From assembly GCA_000708835.1 (NCBI GenBank), contig DF236976.1, positions 62,001-126,000 of the forward strand: 64,000 nt of DNA, written 5' to 3'. Shown here piece by piece: positions 31,993-44,446 of the stretch. This DNA comes from Klebsormidium nitens (taxonomy: Eukaryota > Plantae > Klebsormidiophyceae). Numbering within the stretch: the first letter of the stretch is position 1; the number at the start of each line of letters is the position of its first letter. A model generated the notes under the pieces. The model was not told the DNA's origin and searched no databases. It was given only the letters and a program-made list of their open reading frames with translations. The translations under genes and the position numbers were made by a program.

Positions 31993-32886
31993 GGGGCAGT
32001 CGTGGCACCCACAGAGATTACATAGTCCCTCGTATTGGAGGGTAGTTCGTGTTTGTGGTTTTGGTATCGTAAGCTCCTTTCTAAGGCGGAAAGGATGCCG
32101 CCCTTCTGTAAGAGCTTATTGCTCGATGACGAAGTACTGCTGATGCTTTTGGCAGCCAATGAGTTTGCGGCCGTCCACTTGTTTTGCGTTTCTGCAACAC
32201 CCAGCCTCAGAGGATATTCATGGCTGCCTTGCAAGTGTTTTAGTAATTGATTCAGATGAATTAACCAATCAGTTCGATCAAAAATCGCAGTGACGGTTGT
32301 GTGCATGGCTGCGGAGAAGCCACGCCCGAAAGTGTGCAAACAATTTGCACCAATCAATGCCGACCCTTAACTGCCCGGCCGGCCTAGGTAAACAGACGCC
32401 TGCGACCACGTTGAAGCCTTTACAAATACGTACTCGATCTTGCCCCATGATCGCCGATCACTGAGACTCGGCTCTTTTCTAATTATCAGGGTCCTTCATC
32501 AAACGACTTCGCCTGCATACTAACGCGCACTAACAGATAATAATAGCATGATTCTGACCGTCGTGCGGGCAATCCCACGAAAGCGGAATAGAACCAAACA
32601 TGCACCCATCGCATTGATACGTAAACGGAAGCACCGGTCGAAGGAAGTGAAAATGCAGTACAGCAACTTGCAAACTTAAAAATGTTGCTACTCTGCTAGA
32701 TTCCAGGCATGAATCCCATTCGTCCTATGGGACCTAAGTTTATCGAAGCAACGATGTCGTCCTTCTGCCGCCAGTGAAAACTATGAACCTACTTTTGATG
32801 ATCTCGATCTGCTTTCAACACTTCGACTGACTCTACAAGCGACCTGCCCTACTACGCCCTGTCTACACCTAGCTAGACAAGCTCTA

Positions 32887-34707
32887 CTAATTGTACTGGT
32901 CCATCATCTTCCGGATAAAGCTCAGAGTTTCCTTGATGTACCGCATGTCCTCCTTCTGCCGCTGCTTATGTATCGCTGCATGCACCAACGCCAAAGAAAG
33001 TTACAACGTCTAAAGTTGTTTTGCACTCCTCACCAGATATGCAACATCTTCAAAGGCTCCACAACGAGTGAGTTTTGACATAAAAGTCAACTTGTTCATC
33101 ACACGCCTGCAATAATGCCTCTGGCAATGAAGAACCGTACAGCTGGCTTAAAGGCAAAACAAACTTGACAAACACGCAGTTAGATTGAAGCAACTGGTCT
33201 CGCCACAGGGATTGAGCAAAATCTGTTCCTGAACACTTGTGAAACGCTTTCCTGAAGATGGTTGCTTAATTGCAGGCCCAGTTGAGGGTGTCTGTAGATC
33301 CCAAACCTTGAAATCGGAAGCCCTCCACACCAGGGCCTTGACGCCAAAGGAGCCAACACTGTGAGCCCCCCTGGCCCCATTCGCATCCCTCTAACCTAAG
33401 AATTCCAGGTCTGGGACCAAGCCCGTCAAATCCAAGACTTCTCCAAAGGTTCGTCCATAATTATCATACTGTCCGGAGAGTCGTTCACCCGTCGGAGGCC
33501 ATATATAAACTAAACTCTTTGATTAAGATACTTATTTGAAGAGTGACCCGGTCATCTAAAAGCCACCTCGGAACAAACAAATCAGCAAGCGCCAAGCAAC
33601 TAGAGGGGGCTCACCGTTGTCCCGGATGGCCGCATCCTGCAGGTCGTTCCAGCGCTGCGTGGAGATGGCGAGTCGCGCCCAGAAGGGCACTTGCTGCATG
33701 CGCTTGAGGTACTGCCACAGCGTCTCCCCGTCAAACTGCCGCTCCTGAACCTTGACCACAAACTCCTGGTTGCTGCCCTCCACCTTGAGCCACTCCACCA
33801 ATTCCTGCACATGCGAGCCGCTTGAAAGGTCAATTGATCAAGACCTAGAATCGGTTTCCACTGTACTTCACGATCCATTTTTGTAGCCCCTCGCCCAAGT
33901 CCTTGCACTGGCTGACTGCGTTGATCGCACCGTGAAAAGGCTAGACGTTATTTGCCTGGTTTCTGGATGTAAACTTTGTGGATATCGACCACCTGAAAAG
34001 TCCAGTACAGGTCAAATGGTCTACTCTAACGTAGAAGCAGCACGTTTACTTTTGACAAGTCCATAAGATAGAAACAGAGTAATGCACAAGGCAAGAAAGT
34101 GGCATCGGTAGGCAGCGGACAGGGCAGAAGTGGTTGACGGACTCTGTGGACTGGAGCGCTTGAGGCTTCAGTACAAAATGCGAAATTTCTCATATCTGAA
34201 CCTTCTGCGCCACCAAATGAGCATGTTGTCGATTGGCTGAATGCGATCTGGAAGAGATTGCTTTGATTGTTGTACGTATGACTGCACTCAAGAGCTGAAG
34301 TAACTGAAAACATGGAGTAAAGGCATAAAAGAGCCCCAAACACCTGGTGATTGTACTGACATCAACCGCGTCCACTTTTTGAGTTGAACATGACTCTCTT
34401 ATAAAACCTGAGGCTCATAGAATCGCTTTCCCAGCTCTTGAAGGGCTTGCGCACAACACCGAAAGTACCACCACACGTCGGATGCCCCAGCATTGATTAA
34501 AAGAGCATCGCAGCAACACATCATGCTCACCGGCGTTCTACAATCGCGCAACAAGGGCAATCCCTTCCTTTTGGGGTCCTGTTGAGATTGCCCACTTTCT
34601 GGTGGATGTTGTCCGCTGCCCACCAAGCGACCCACGTCCCGTGCGGCCTCCCCTGAGCCCTGATGTTGGGCCCTGCTCTCAGCTGGGGATGACGTCCAGA
34701 ACCCCAT
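32887..34707 (-). CDS. Small 151-aa protein with a SAM-domain-like core; exons 34707-34531, 33804-33615, 32975-32887
   Basis: Three exons with GT/AG sites join in phase (177+190+89=456 nt): MGFWTSSPAES...LRDCRTP|ELVEWLKVEGSNQEFVVKVQERQFDGETLWQYLKRMQQVPFW...AIRDN|AIHKQRQKEDMRYIKETLSFIRKMMDQYN*. The SAM resemblance is by eye only. Confidence 0.7.
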
Positions 34708-34839
34708 CTTGCCACAGGTGGCGGGAGAGACAGACACTCAAAAATTTCAGCACAGGAGATGCCAGTGCATGTGCGCACAAGAGGTTGGCCGGGCTCTAGC
34801 TGGAGAGCGACTGGAACAGGCAATTCTCGACTTCGAGAA

Positions 34840-34985
34840 CAAGCAGCCCTGTGCGCGCGCAGATTGTGGGGCCCGCCGGCGCCGCTAAGGCGGCCGCGCG
34901 CGGATCGGTTCTGTTCGCGCACCCGGCCGCGGACGGCGCCGGCCCGCGGCCAACGAGACCGCAAATAATGACGTCACATTGCCGA
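34840..34985. promoter_or_regulatory. GC/CpG-rich core with a TGACGTCA palindrome in the divergent SAM-like / permease intergenic region
   Basis: Very GC-rich stretch followed by aataatgacgtcacat near 34970, between head-to-head ATGs at 34707 and 35812. Confidence 0.35.
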
Positions 34986-35811
34986 GTGAGTCCATCATGC
35001 ATCTTGCAAGTCGCCGCATCGTACATGTGGCTCACGTGGATCCATGAAACGAGTACCAAGGCGAGAGCCCATGAGGTGAAAGTTAAACAGGTCTCTGGGT
35101 ACGGTGTCTGTACAGATGCACGGCGCAACTGTGCTCAAGGAATCGAATGCAAACAGAAAAGTAAGACCATGCAGTGGGTCCCATGGGAGCTGTCTCAGCA
35201 GGCGGTACTAAGTTACCCAGCTGCCATGCAAATGAAACTTATTGCAGGGCCCAGGCAAGCCCTGACTCCCCTACAACGTCAAGAGCGGCTTCAGTTCTTA
35301 GCAACACTTCTTTCACTTCCAGCTGATTCTTTTAGCCGCCATTCAGTATCTTTCCTGCAGTGCGCCACCAGTAACAACACGAGCTTCAATCTTGTAAACC
35401 AGCAGCCCGCATTTGAAGATTTGTAAAGCAAGCTCCATAACCTTCGCCCACGTCCACTGCTCTCTGTATGAAGTGCGCGCAATACCACGCGCTCACAGGT
35501 ATCCAGTAGAATAGACGCTCAAGTTTTCATTACTGGAGGTCTGCAGCTTACTGCAGCATTGCATCATCCTTCCGCCACAGCAGCCGCCGGCGCCAGCTCA
35601 GCGACATCTGCAATCTAGAGGAAGTCGTCAAATCATTGTTGCTTGCAGTTTTGAATAACAGCCCCACGCCTTAGCTACAGATGGAGAAATAAACAAAGCC
35701 CACATACTAAACAGGCTGGTGAGGATGTGCACATTCTCCTGAGAGCCTCCAGCTTATCATTGTCAACGAGCTCCCTTGCTCTCCGCTTGTGTTCTGAATC
35801 TAGTCGCCAGC

Positions 35812-38800
35812 ATGACGGTGTCAGAGAAGGGGGCCCAGCCCAAGAGGCAGGTGACTGACACTGGCGAGCTGCGGCTGCGTCAGCTGGGATACAAGCAGGA
35901 GCTGTCCAGAACATTGGTGAGGGACAGGGAGAGCGCCCTTTTGCTTCCAAGCAATTTTTGCCAATAGAGTCCCCTCACCCGTTTCAAGAGTGTCCTGAGA
36001 GTTTTCAATGCTGTGTGCTTTACAAAACAAGGACTGAATGCGAAGCGCCTAGCATTTGAAGAGATGAGCCGCCTCAGTATCCTTGTTGCGATGGCTGTCC
36101 TTCTGGGCTCCGTGTGCTATTGGTGGTCCCCTCATCTTCTTGAGGATACAATGTAGTTTTATGCTGTTGCTCAAGTGTCATACTCTGGGTCAAGCTTAAT
36201 GCTTCAGCTTTCATGAGCCTGGTTGTAATCTTGCAAGTACAGGAAACTGTGGCATGAGCTGAACATGACATTTGGTTTTGCAAGCGATCTTGAACTGGGG
36301 CGACGTATCTCTTTCTCAAGAACCTTAAATTGCAAGAGTGGCAGAAGTATCGCCACTAATCAGCACCTCGAAGTGCGAACATCAGGAACCCAAAAGCCCT
36401 CCTTTGCAAACGCCATCTTTCTGAGCTTATCTTCCAAACCCTTCTCATTTGTGCAGAATACGATGGTTAACTTTGCGGTCAGCTACACCATCATCGGCGT
36501 CCTGATGGGCATTACTGGGCTGTATTCCCTGGGCTTTGAGTACGGCGGCCCCGTCTCGGTGGTGTGGGGCTGGGTGGTGGTCAGCTTCTTCACGCTCTTC
36601 ATCGCGGCCTCCATGGCGGAGATCTGCAGCAGCTATCCGGTGAGTATGTGTGGAATGAGGACGTTCACGTTGACATCTTTTATTCTTCTGTGTACTCAAG
36701 AATCGTTTTTTTCCATGTGACCACTTCTCGCACTCTAGGATCCCTATTTTTAAACCAAGTGAAGAATGCCCGGATCTTTATGAGGATAAAGTCTGCACTT
36801 AAGTTGGCGTTGGCGAGCTGTGCCCAAGCAATCATTTTGACCACTTCGGAAGAAGTAAATACTTGAGTTGAGGCTGAAGAAGAGCTGAAGAAGAGCTCTT
36901 TGTCAGTCAACATGTGCTCAATCAAGAAAATGCCTTTCTGGGGATGGCTGCTTCACTTCAGTAATGGAACCCCCTTCCCTCCTTTGCTAACCAGCCCCCA
37001 TTTCTGCAGACGGCGGGTGGCCTCTACTTTTGGTCCTACAGCCTCGCCGGTCCAAAGTACGGCCCGCTCTGCTCGTGGCTAACCGGGTGGTTTAACTACC
37101 TTGGGTTTGTGTGCGGGATGGCGGCCATCGACCATATCGGCGCCACCATTATTTCCACCATGGTTGTGCTTAACACCGGAACCGGGTTAGATGGCGGTTA
37201 TGTCGCAAGCAAGGAGGTCACTCTGGCATTCTTGGCGGGCATCCTCGTTTTGCAGGTGAGCAGTTTGCTTTTCTTTTGATCCTTCCGGATTTCCTACCAT
37301 GGAAATCGAAGAGCTCCAGAATCGCAACAATGAACGAGGTTTTCTCCTTCTCACGTAACATTGCAAGACTCTTGATAGGAGTAGGAAACCAGGCTCCTAA
37401 AGCGAGGCTCCTAAAGCAAGAGCAATTTGAACGATCCAGGAATGAACCCAGATATCAGCTGACACGAGCTACTGAGGTTTTCCTTGGGACCAGCTTCGTT
37501 GAATGTCAGACCATTGTGAGACCAGGGCTCCTGTCAAAGACAGCTTGAAAGTGTTCCAAAGTACGCTTGCCAAATTGCCCCTACTGAGAGAGAAGGGCTG
37601 AACACGAGTAACCTCCATCAGTAACATCAAGCCTGAAGCAACAAGGGACCTTTGCAGGCAATCATCAACTCGTTCCACGTCAACGTACTTGCGTTTGTCG
37701 AGAAGGCCGCCCTGTACATCGAGGTTGGCGGCCTCATCATCATTGTGGTTACTCTCTTCTCCGTTGCTGGTAGGCTCCCTTCCGTCGCTTCTCCGGCTCA
37801 TTGGCTCTAAAGCTTGCGTTCTGATGCTGCTCGACTTGCGGGGTGCGCATCTGGATTGTCAGCATTTCAGTGCTCCACACTCTGGATTTCAAAGGGATCC
37901 CTTCAGGCGAAGCGCCTTGGCCCCTCTCGAGATCTCGTCGCAAGTCGCTTCGTGAAGATCGATGTTCAACTTTCCTGAAACGCATCAAGGCGTAGGGCTT
38001 CGGGCAACTGGTTAGAAGACAAGTTTGATGTGAATACCCTCGTCTCTCACTTTCAGCGCGTCCCCGCAGACCGACGGCAGTCTGCCAAGTACGTCTTCAC
38101 ACACTACGAGCCCGCCGTCGATACGGGCGTCCACAATTCCTTCTACGTCTTCCTCTTGGGAATGCTCATGAGCAGCTTCACGCTGCTTGCATATGACGTG
38201 AGCCTTCTCAGCAACACGGTCTCTTCCTTCTTAAGCGGGGACGGCGCTCATTGTTTGGCAGCACCGCTATCGCTTACGGCACCCAACCATAACGCGTCTG
38301 CGAACTCGCTGGGGGCCTAGCTCTGAAACCCTTGAGACGGATAAAAGAAGTCGTTGTCGTCCTCAAAACGGGTTTAGTTTGTGGCCAGTTGCGGCCAGAT
38401 CGAACCGGCAGAGATAGCCTTCCACTAATCAATTCTCACCCTTATCAGTTGCAACTTGTCTCAGTCGTTGACTCTGGCACCAGTAGGCCTTTCTGAATCC
38501 GTTTGATCACCAGCTTGTGAGGCAAAGGGCTTCGTTCGCTGAGACGTTCCCTTTCACCCCAGGCCGCCACTCACCTGACGGAAGAGACCGTTGGCGCCGA
38601 CTGGACGTCGCCAGTCAGCATCGTTAGCGCAGTTGCCACGGCTGCGGTCGCAGGGTTCATCTACATCCTGACCCTGACCTTCTGCATCCAGGTAAGATAT
38701 TGCCAGAGCGGAAAGCGCATCGAAAAGGTTGAGAAAGATAGAGTTGCAATTAAGGGTGGATGTAATGGGCAGAGCATGCTTTGCAGTGGGGAATGAAGGC

Positions 38801-41009
38801 GAAGGAGCTTGAAACATGCTTCGTTTTTGATGAACGACGACTCGATGAGTATGAATCAAGCTTGCTTTTCCACAGCCAATAATGCATTCTGGGATGAAAT
38901 GGCTAAGTGAAAAGTCAAGCAGCTGTAACCTCTCCTTATAGAGACGTGAATCTGGTCTCCCTGATCTCTTTGCTTGAGCGTTCCCTCAAAACAGCCAAGG
39001 AACGTTCGCAGATTCACCTGCCTTACTTGGCGCCGGACCTTGGCCATTTCAGATTGCGGTTTTTCCTCTCAGAGTTCATTGCCTCGGGGGCTAAGCCACT
39101 GACCCAAACCCAGATCTTTAAAGTCTTCGAACCTTGCCACAGGATCCCGCCACTCTTCTCGACCCTGGCAATGCGACGGCCGGGCTAAGCGCGGCCGCGC
39201 AGATCTTCTACGACGTCTTTGACAGCGCCGGCAAGAGCCCCAAGGGCGTGATTGCTCTGCTCACGATCCCGCTTATGGCCAGCTACTTCAGCGGGATGAG
39301 CCAACTGGCGGCGACCTCGCGAGTGGTAAGTACGCTGGGTTGGTCGCCTTCTCGAAGGCTTGTGTGGATCGTTGGATTGTTGGGGTGTTGGATTTGTTCC
39401 CCGGCAATATCGCTTGCAGCTGCAGAGAGGGGTGAGAGAAGCAGCAGCGAGGGACAGTCATTCGCTAATTCAACCTTCCAAGTGATCAGGACCTTCTATC
39501 ACACCGTCTATTCTTGCTGGCATGTGGATTGCCATCTCTCCCCTTCCGTTTATCCATCTTTTCCGTGCCCACTTCGGCCTCAAACGCGATACTAGTCAAC
39601 GGTGCCCACGCCACTTGTTTCCGTTATCCGTTTCCGTTCCGCTGAATCCAAACCCCTAAACCGCGCGCAGCTGTTCGCGATCACGCGCGACAAGGCCATT
39701 CCCTTCAGCGGCTTCCTCCACTGGACGCATCCCAAGTCGAAGACGCCCATCGTGGCGGTCTGGGTGTCCGCGGCGCTCGCCTTCTGCTTCGCGCTCTTTT
39801 CGCTCAAGAGTTACATCGCATTTACTGCGGTGACGTCACTCAGCACGATCGGGTCCATGACCGCGTACGGCATTCCCATTTTCCTGAAGCAGCTCTTCCC
39901 GCACAACTTCCACCCGGGGCCCTTCAACCTCGGCAGGTGGGCCGCCGGCGCGCGGACAACATTTGCGCGCAGGTTTTCTGCCGCTTTTGAAACCAAACGG
40001 CAAGACGTGTTGGTCCGAAGGGCTCCTCTTGCTTGATAAAACGGTTACTTTGTGATGTTTTGGACCAGCAGACCGGCTGCTAGTTCAACCGGTTCAAATT
40101 GCTAGATCAGGAAACACGGAGATTCGAAAGTGTGTCGATCGAGGCTCTTTTGTTTGGAAAGTCGACTGACGCTCGCTCCAAGAAAAGCTTTACTCATGTA
40201 TAAGCGACGGTAGAGTTTAAAAGCTAGGAGAGGTTGCCTGGTCCTCGTTCTCATTCAGGGGACCAACAGATCAGACGAGCTGTTCGAAGAAGACGTGCTT
40301 GGACTTTTGCCCTTGGTGGGTTACTGAGAATTTTCATTTTTTTCGTCTTGCAGATTCAGCCCCATCGTTGGATGGGTCGCGATTATTTACATCGTCTTCA
40401 TGGTCGTTGTCTTCTGCCTTCCCACGTACTATCCGATCGACAGGTGAGAAAGGACGCCTCAAAATGATGTAGAATTGCGGAAATCAATTGTCATTTGCAG
40501 ACACTACGCCGCCTCTTGCATACGTATCGGTGTTTCCCCGGGTCACGAACTCCGTGCATCTTGCTCCCGCGTTTCTCAATAGCACCACGCGTCTTTCACT
40601 GGTCATCAAAAGATTGCACCTCTACGTTCAGGCCACCAGATAGAATGTCTTATCCCTTGCCGGCTTCGCGCCGGGCTTCCGGTTGAGCGAAGGGGCATAG
40701 GTTACAGAAAGGTCAAGAAAAGACAAAGCAGGAACACTCCAGTTCTTCCTACACTTTTCTCCTCTGCACCGCAGCAACACGCTGAACTACGCCCCGGTCA
40801 CTGGCGGCGCCGTTATCTTGGTCGCCCTCTTCCTATGGGTGATTGTCGCCCGGAAGCGGTACCTGGGCCCGGTACGTACCCTCCGAGCGGAGGACTCCAA
40901 GACGGACGAGACGTACTCGGGTGGGAACCTGTACCCTGAACCCGTGTACAAGAACGAGTACTCGGTGCACGGCAAAAGCGCCCCGGTGAAGCCAGCCGAG
41001 GCGGCCTAG
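35812..41009 (+). CDS. BAT1: Amino acid/GABA/polyamine permease, APC superfamily ACT family (BAT1/GABP/UGA4-like), paralog A; 10 exons, 558 aa
   Basis: Exons 35812-35916, 36457-36639, 37010-37255, 37658-37769, 38070-38197, 38563-38691, 39143-39325, 39671-39936, 40354-40443, 40775-41009 (1677 nt). Motifs LGYKQELSRTL, GGPVSVVWGW, MAEICSSYPTAGGLYFWS, GWFN, HLTEET; many TM helices. The symbol is family-level. Confidence 0.93.
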
Positions 41010-41253
41010 AACGGTCAATTTGCAGCGTAGATAACAAATGTCAGAGTCCAATCGACGGTTGAGATTAGAGCGAGCGTGTCAGCCGAATCAAGGTGTCCTG
41101 AATTTATTCTAGGCGGCCTGGAATTAGCACGACCGGGGGGAGGTTAAGGTAACCGGCAGCAGACTAGATGCGCATCTGACTGAGAAGAGAGAAAGCGAGA
41201 GGCACGACGCCTGCGGGACTACTTGAGTTTCCTAGCGCAAAGGTCTTCCTTTT

Positions 41254-41344
41254 CTGCAGAGAGGGTTGAGTGTTGACCGAACAAATTGAAGTGAAAGGGC
41301 TCTCTAAGAGCACAAGAGACTGCACAGAGAGTTGAGTGTTGACC
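41254..41344. repeat. Short direct repeat (25 bp, two copies)
   Basis: ctgcagagagggttgagtgttgacc (41254) and ctgcacagagagttgagtgttgacc (41320). Confidence 0.7.
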
Positions 41345-42730
41345 AGACGAGTTGATTGCAGTAGGACACAGGACAGCAAGTACACCAGTCAAAAGAGCGG
41401 TCACTTGTTTCAAAACGTCAGCGAGCAGGCTAGATTGAGAGAACACGACAACGTACTGGCCTGCCTTTACTTGCGAAAGCGAGACTACATTCGCTTTACT
41501 GAGCAAGTACTTCTCCCCAAGGTTACACTAGTGGGCATGGCCCGTAGGCGGGACAGAACATAGCTAGCAAGCTGCATCCTGATAGCTCAAATTGCAACGG
41601 CAGATTTTACCGGTCGGATTAGCGCCCGTGTTTTTCAGTACTGGCTCTCGAGCAGTGACTTTGATTTGTTCCGTTACATTCTTCGTCTGTAGCTCGCAAG
41701 GAGGACCACGAATCTCTATGCAACATATTCTGGCGCCGGCAGCTGAAGCTGTGATTGATGACAAGCATGCGCTTGAGTCATATGGATCCTGGAAGCATAG
41801 TGATTGACTAGCCTTCTATAATATTGTCACTCTTGTCACTGCTCAAGAACTGCGCACTGGATGCACTGGCCATGGATGGCAGCGGCCGCAGCTGTGAACG
41901 AACGCGGTCACGTGCCTAGCTACTCTGCGGCCTCTTTCAATTCGTCCTCCAAGCCCAAGACCCTGGGCCTGCCACGATCAACTCAGTCAGAACCGAGAAC
42001 ATTTGGACGTTAAACTGAAGGGCTTGAAGCCAGGTTCGTTTCCGGGGCGCGTCGCGACGCGCACCCTAAGGGTTTGAGCCGACGTGATTCATCGACCCTA
42101 GCTCATCGCTGTGCTTCTGCGGAAGCATTGGTTCAAGCCGTGGCGACGCGCGCCGCGCGCGCCCATCTGATGGCAGAATCGCCGGGAATGGTTGTTTGCA
42201 AGTCCAGCCGACAGGTTCTCAGAATTTGACGCCTTAAATCTAAGTCAGAAAGTCTGTGCGCGCGCGCTTCGAGGAACTGATTATGACTCCCATGGAGTTG
42301 AATGGTTGCGCCATGCAACACAGAGGCAAACACATGTGCAGACGCTCAACGAACATGCCAGTGCAATCGAGAATCTTGGCGCATGGCAAGACGATTCGAC
42401 CGAGACCGTTCGCTGGCTGCAAGTGCTCATTCCGTCGGATTGCATGAGCTTCCGCGGTGAGGCAGCCAGAAAAAAAGCATGCACGATCGGTGAAACAGCT
42501 GTCGATGTCGAACAGCGGGTTGTCCTGAAATGAATATGATTACAGTAAGTGTTCGGATCGAAGCGGCCTGCTTCTCCACGTTTAACTGTTCAAAGCTTGA
42601 AGAGGGCCGGAGACTCTTGTGCGAATCGCCACGCCTACAGTGAAGCCAACACCTTTGCTGCCTGTTGATTCACAGCCTTTCATCCGCAAGATACAACCGG
42701 AAGCAGCTCCTTGACCTTCTCGGCGGATTC

Positions 42731-44446
42731 ATGAGAAGCATCCGAAATTGGCTTTCCGTTCTGCTTTGTTTGCTCAGCATCATTCGCACCGCCGATTCTG
42801 TGCACCAGTCGAAGATGGACGCGTCAGGGGTCTTGAGGGACATCAACAGGGATGTGTCAAATAACCCGGTGACCATCTTCGGGTAAGCAAAATGTTTGTT
42901 GTCTGGGTTTTTCCTTTCTGCCGAAAGCTCATGCAGATGTTCTTCCTGCTTGGCTTTGCATCGAACACTCTCTTCTGCTCCTTTTTGCGAGCGCCCTTTC
43001 TGCATTGCTGATCCAAGCAACCGTTCGGACTCGGAAGAATCTATCTGTTGCATGCAGGACAATGCTGTAGAGTCCGTCTTCTTCGGGGATGCGTCCATGT
43101 TCTGAGACCCTTCTTTTGTCATTTCGAGGCGTCGAATCAGCCAAGCCCACATGCACCTTCCTTCGTGGGCAGTTTCGCCATGCATTGGCGGTGAATAGAG
43201 ATTGCCCAATAAACCTGTCTCAAAATGTAAGGATCCAAGTGCACGTATCTGGCGTGCGCGCAGCACATGGCGGCAGCGGATCAAAAGTGACACGTGTCTC
43301 CTTTCCCTTCAGCAAAAGCTACTGCCCATTCACCAGGAGGGTGCGGACGCTCATGAACGAGCTGGGGGCCAACTTCAGGGAGAGGGACATCGACGTGGAC
43401 CGTGAGTTTCCCGGGTTCTTGCATTGGATCCAACTTCCAGATTTGTGCGGGCTGACCAGACCCAAAAGTGATGCACAAAGGAGGTAGAATATGTTCGGAT
43501 GGATAGTGACTTGTTTTACTCGCGGGAATAAAGCATCGATTTGCTTGTCCTGCTTGCACGAAAAGGTCCACCTTTTTTGAGAGATGAATTGTGAGGCTCC
43601 GTATCGGTGGGGGTGTGAGATCTCCTTCTGATGGTCCTTGAATCAATCCTCCTAACGTCCTGAAGAAGATAAATCTGGAGTAAGAACTAATCAGGACGAC
43701 GAATGCTTGTGATTCATAGGAGCCGCTGGTATTTCAAGACAGAGAAGTTGAACGACTTTCAAAATTGGTAACGGACGTCCCGACTCAAACTGCTGCTTCG
43801 CCGAGATCGCTGCTGTCTACTGCTATGGATATCAGAGGGACCGGGTCGCCCAAAGACCTTAAGCGTTGCTCTTGTTGAATAGCGATTTCGCGGTGCAGCG
43901 GAGGGGTACCTGATGCAGCTCGTCCTGACGGAGCTTACCGGCCAGCCGACGGTGCCATACGTCTTCGTCAACGGCCAGTTCATCGGGGGTGCGGATGGTG
44001 AGGTTCCGTTTGTGGGTGCCAATTTGTTTTAACAGGTTTATTCGTCTTGAGAGAAGGCTTCTCTTTACTTCGTCAGAGAAGGCTTCGCGGAAAGAGAATG
44101 AGGTCGACGTGGCACAGAAGACTTCATATGCGAAGCTTTGAGGGTCAGAATCAAAATGAATGCCTCCCGGAGTGCAGTGTTTCTGAGACTTCGACCGGAT
44201 CCAGACAGTGCAAAGGTGACGAAACTTCGTAACAAGGCTTTCGTCAGGGCAAGTGCTTTGCAGTGCAGATTGACAGCCTTTTGAATATTTCGAGGCTTCC
44301 ATTTTTCTTTCCTGCCAGGTCTTCAACACGAGGAAGAAAGGGAATCTGAAACAGATCTTTGATGTTTTTCCAAACTTGCAGACACTCTCGCGCTGGCTGC
44401 AAGTGGTGAGCTGCTGCGTCTGCTGCGCGAAGCAAATGCTCTGTGA
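42731..44446 (+). CDS. Glutaredoxin A, class I-like fold, monothiol YCPFT; possible N-terminal signal peptide
   Basis: Exons 42731 (or 42815)-42882, 43313-43401, 43899-43997, 44382-44446: ...NPVTIFG|KSYCPFTRRVRTLMNELGANFRERDIDVD|PEGYLMQLVLTELTGQPTVPYVFVNGQFIGGAD|DTLALAASGELLRLLREANAL*. TVP and GG glutathione-binding motifs are present. Confidence 0.93.

Noticed and set aside
33200-33390. Alternative last exon for the SAM-like gene (EGCEWGQGG...)
   Set aside because: Weak acceptor and poor composition; 32975-32887 has a clean TGCAG acceptor and helical, protein-like sequence.
36076-36086. gtatcctt motifs resembling U12 5' splice sites (also ~63404)
   Set aside because: They lie inside introns already bounded by ordinary U2 sites and are not at exon junctions.
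41254-41344. Two 25-bp direct repeats with a spacer, CRISPR-like at a glance
   Set aside because: Only two copies, eukaryotic intergenic context, and no cas genes.
42670-43293. 207-aa minus-strand ORF overlapping GRX-A
   Set aside because: Lies antisense over GRX-A exon 1 and intron 1; composition is not protein-like and it has no motifs.
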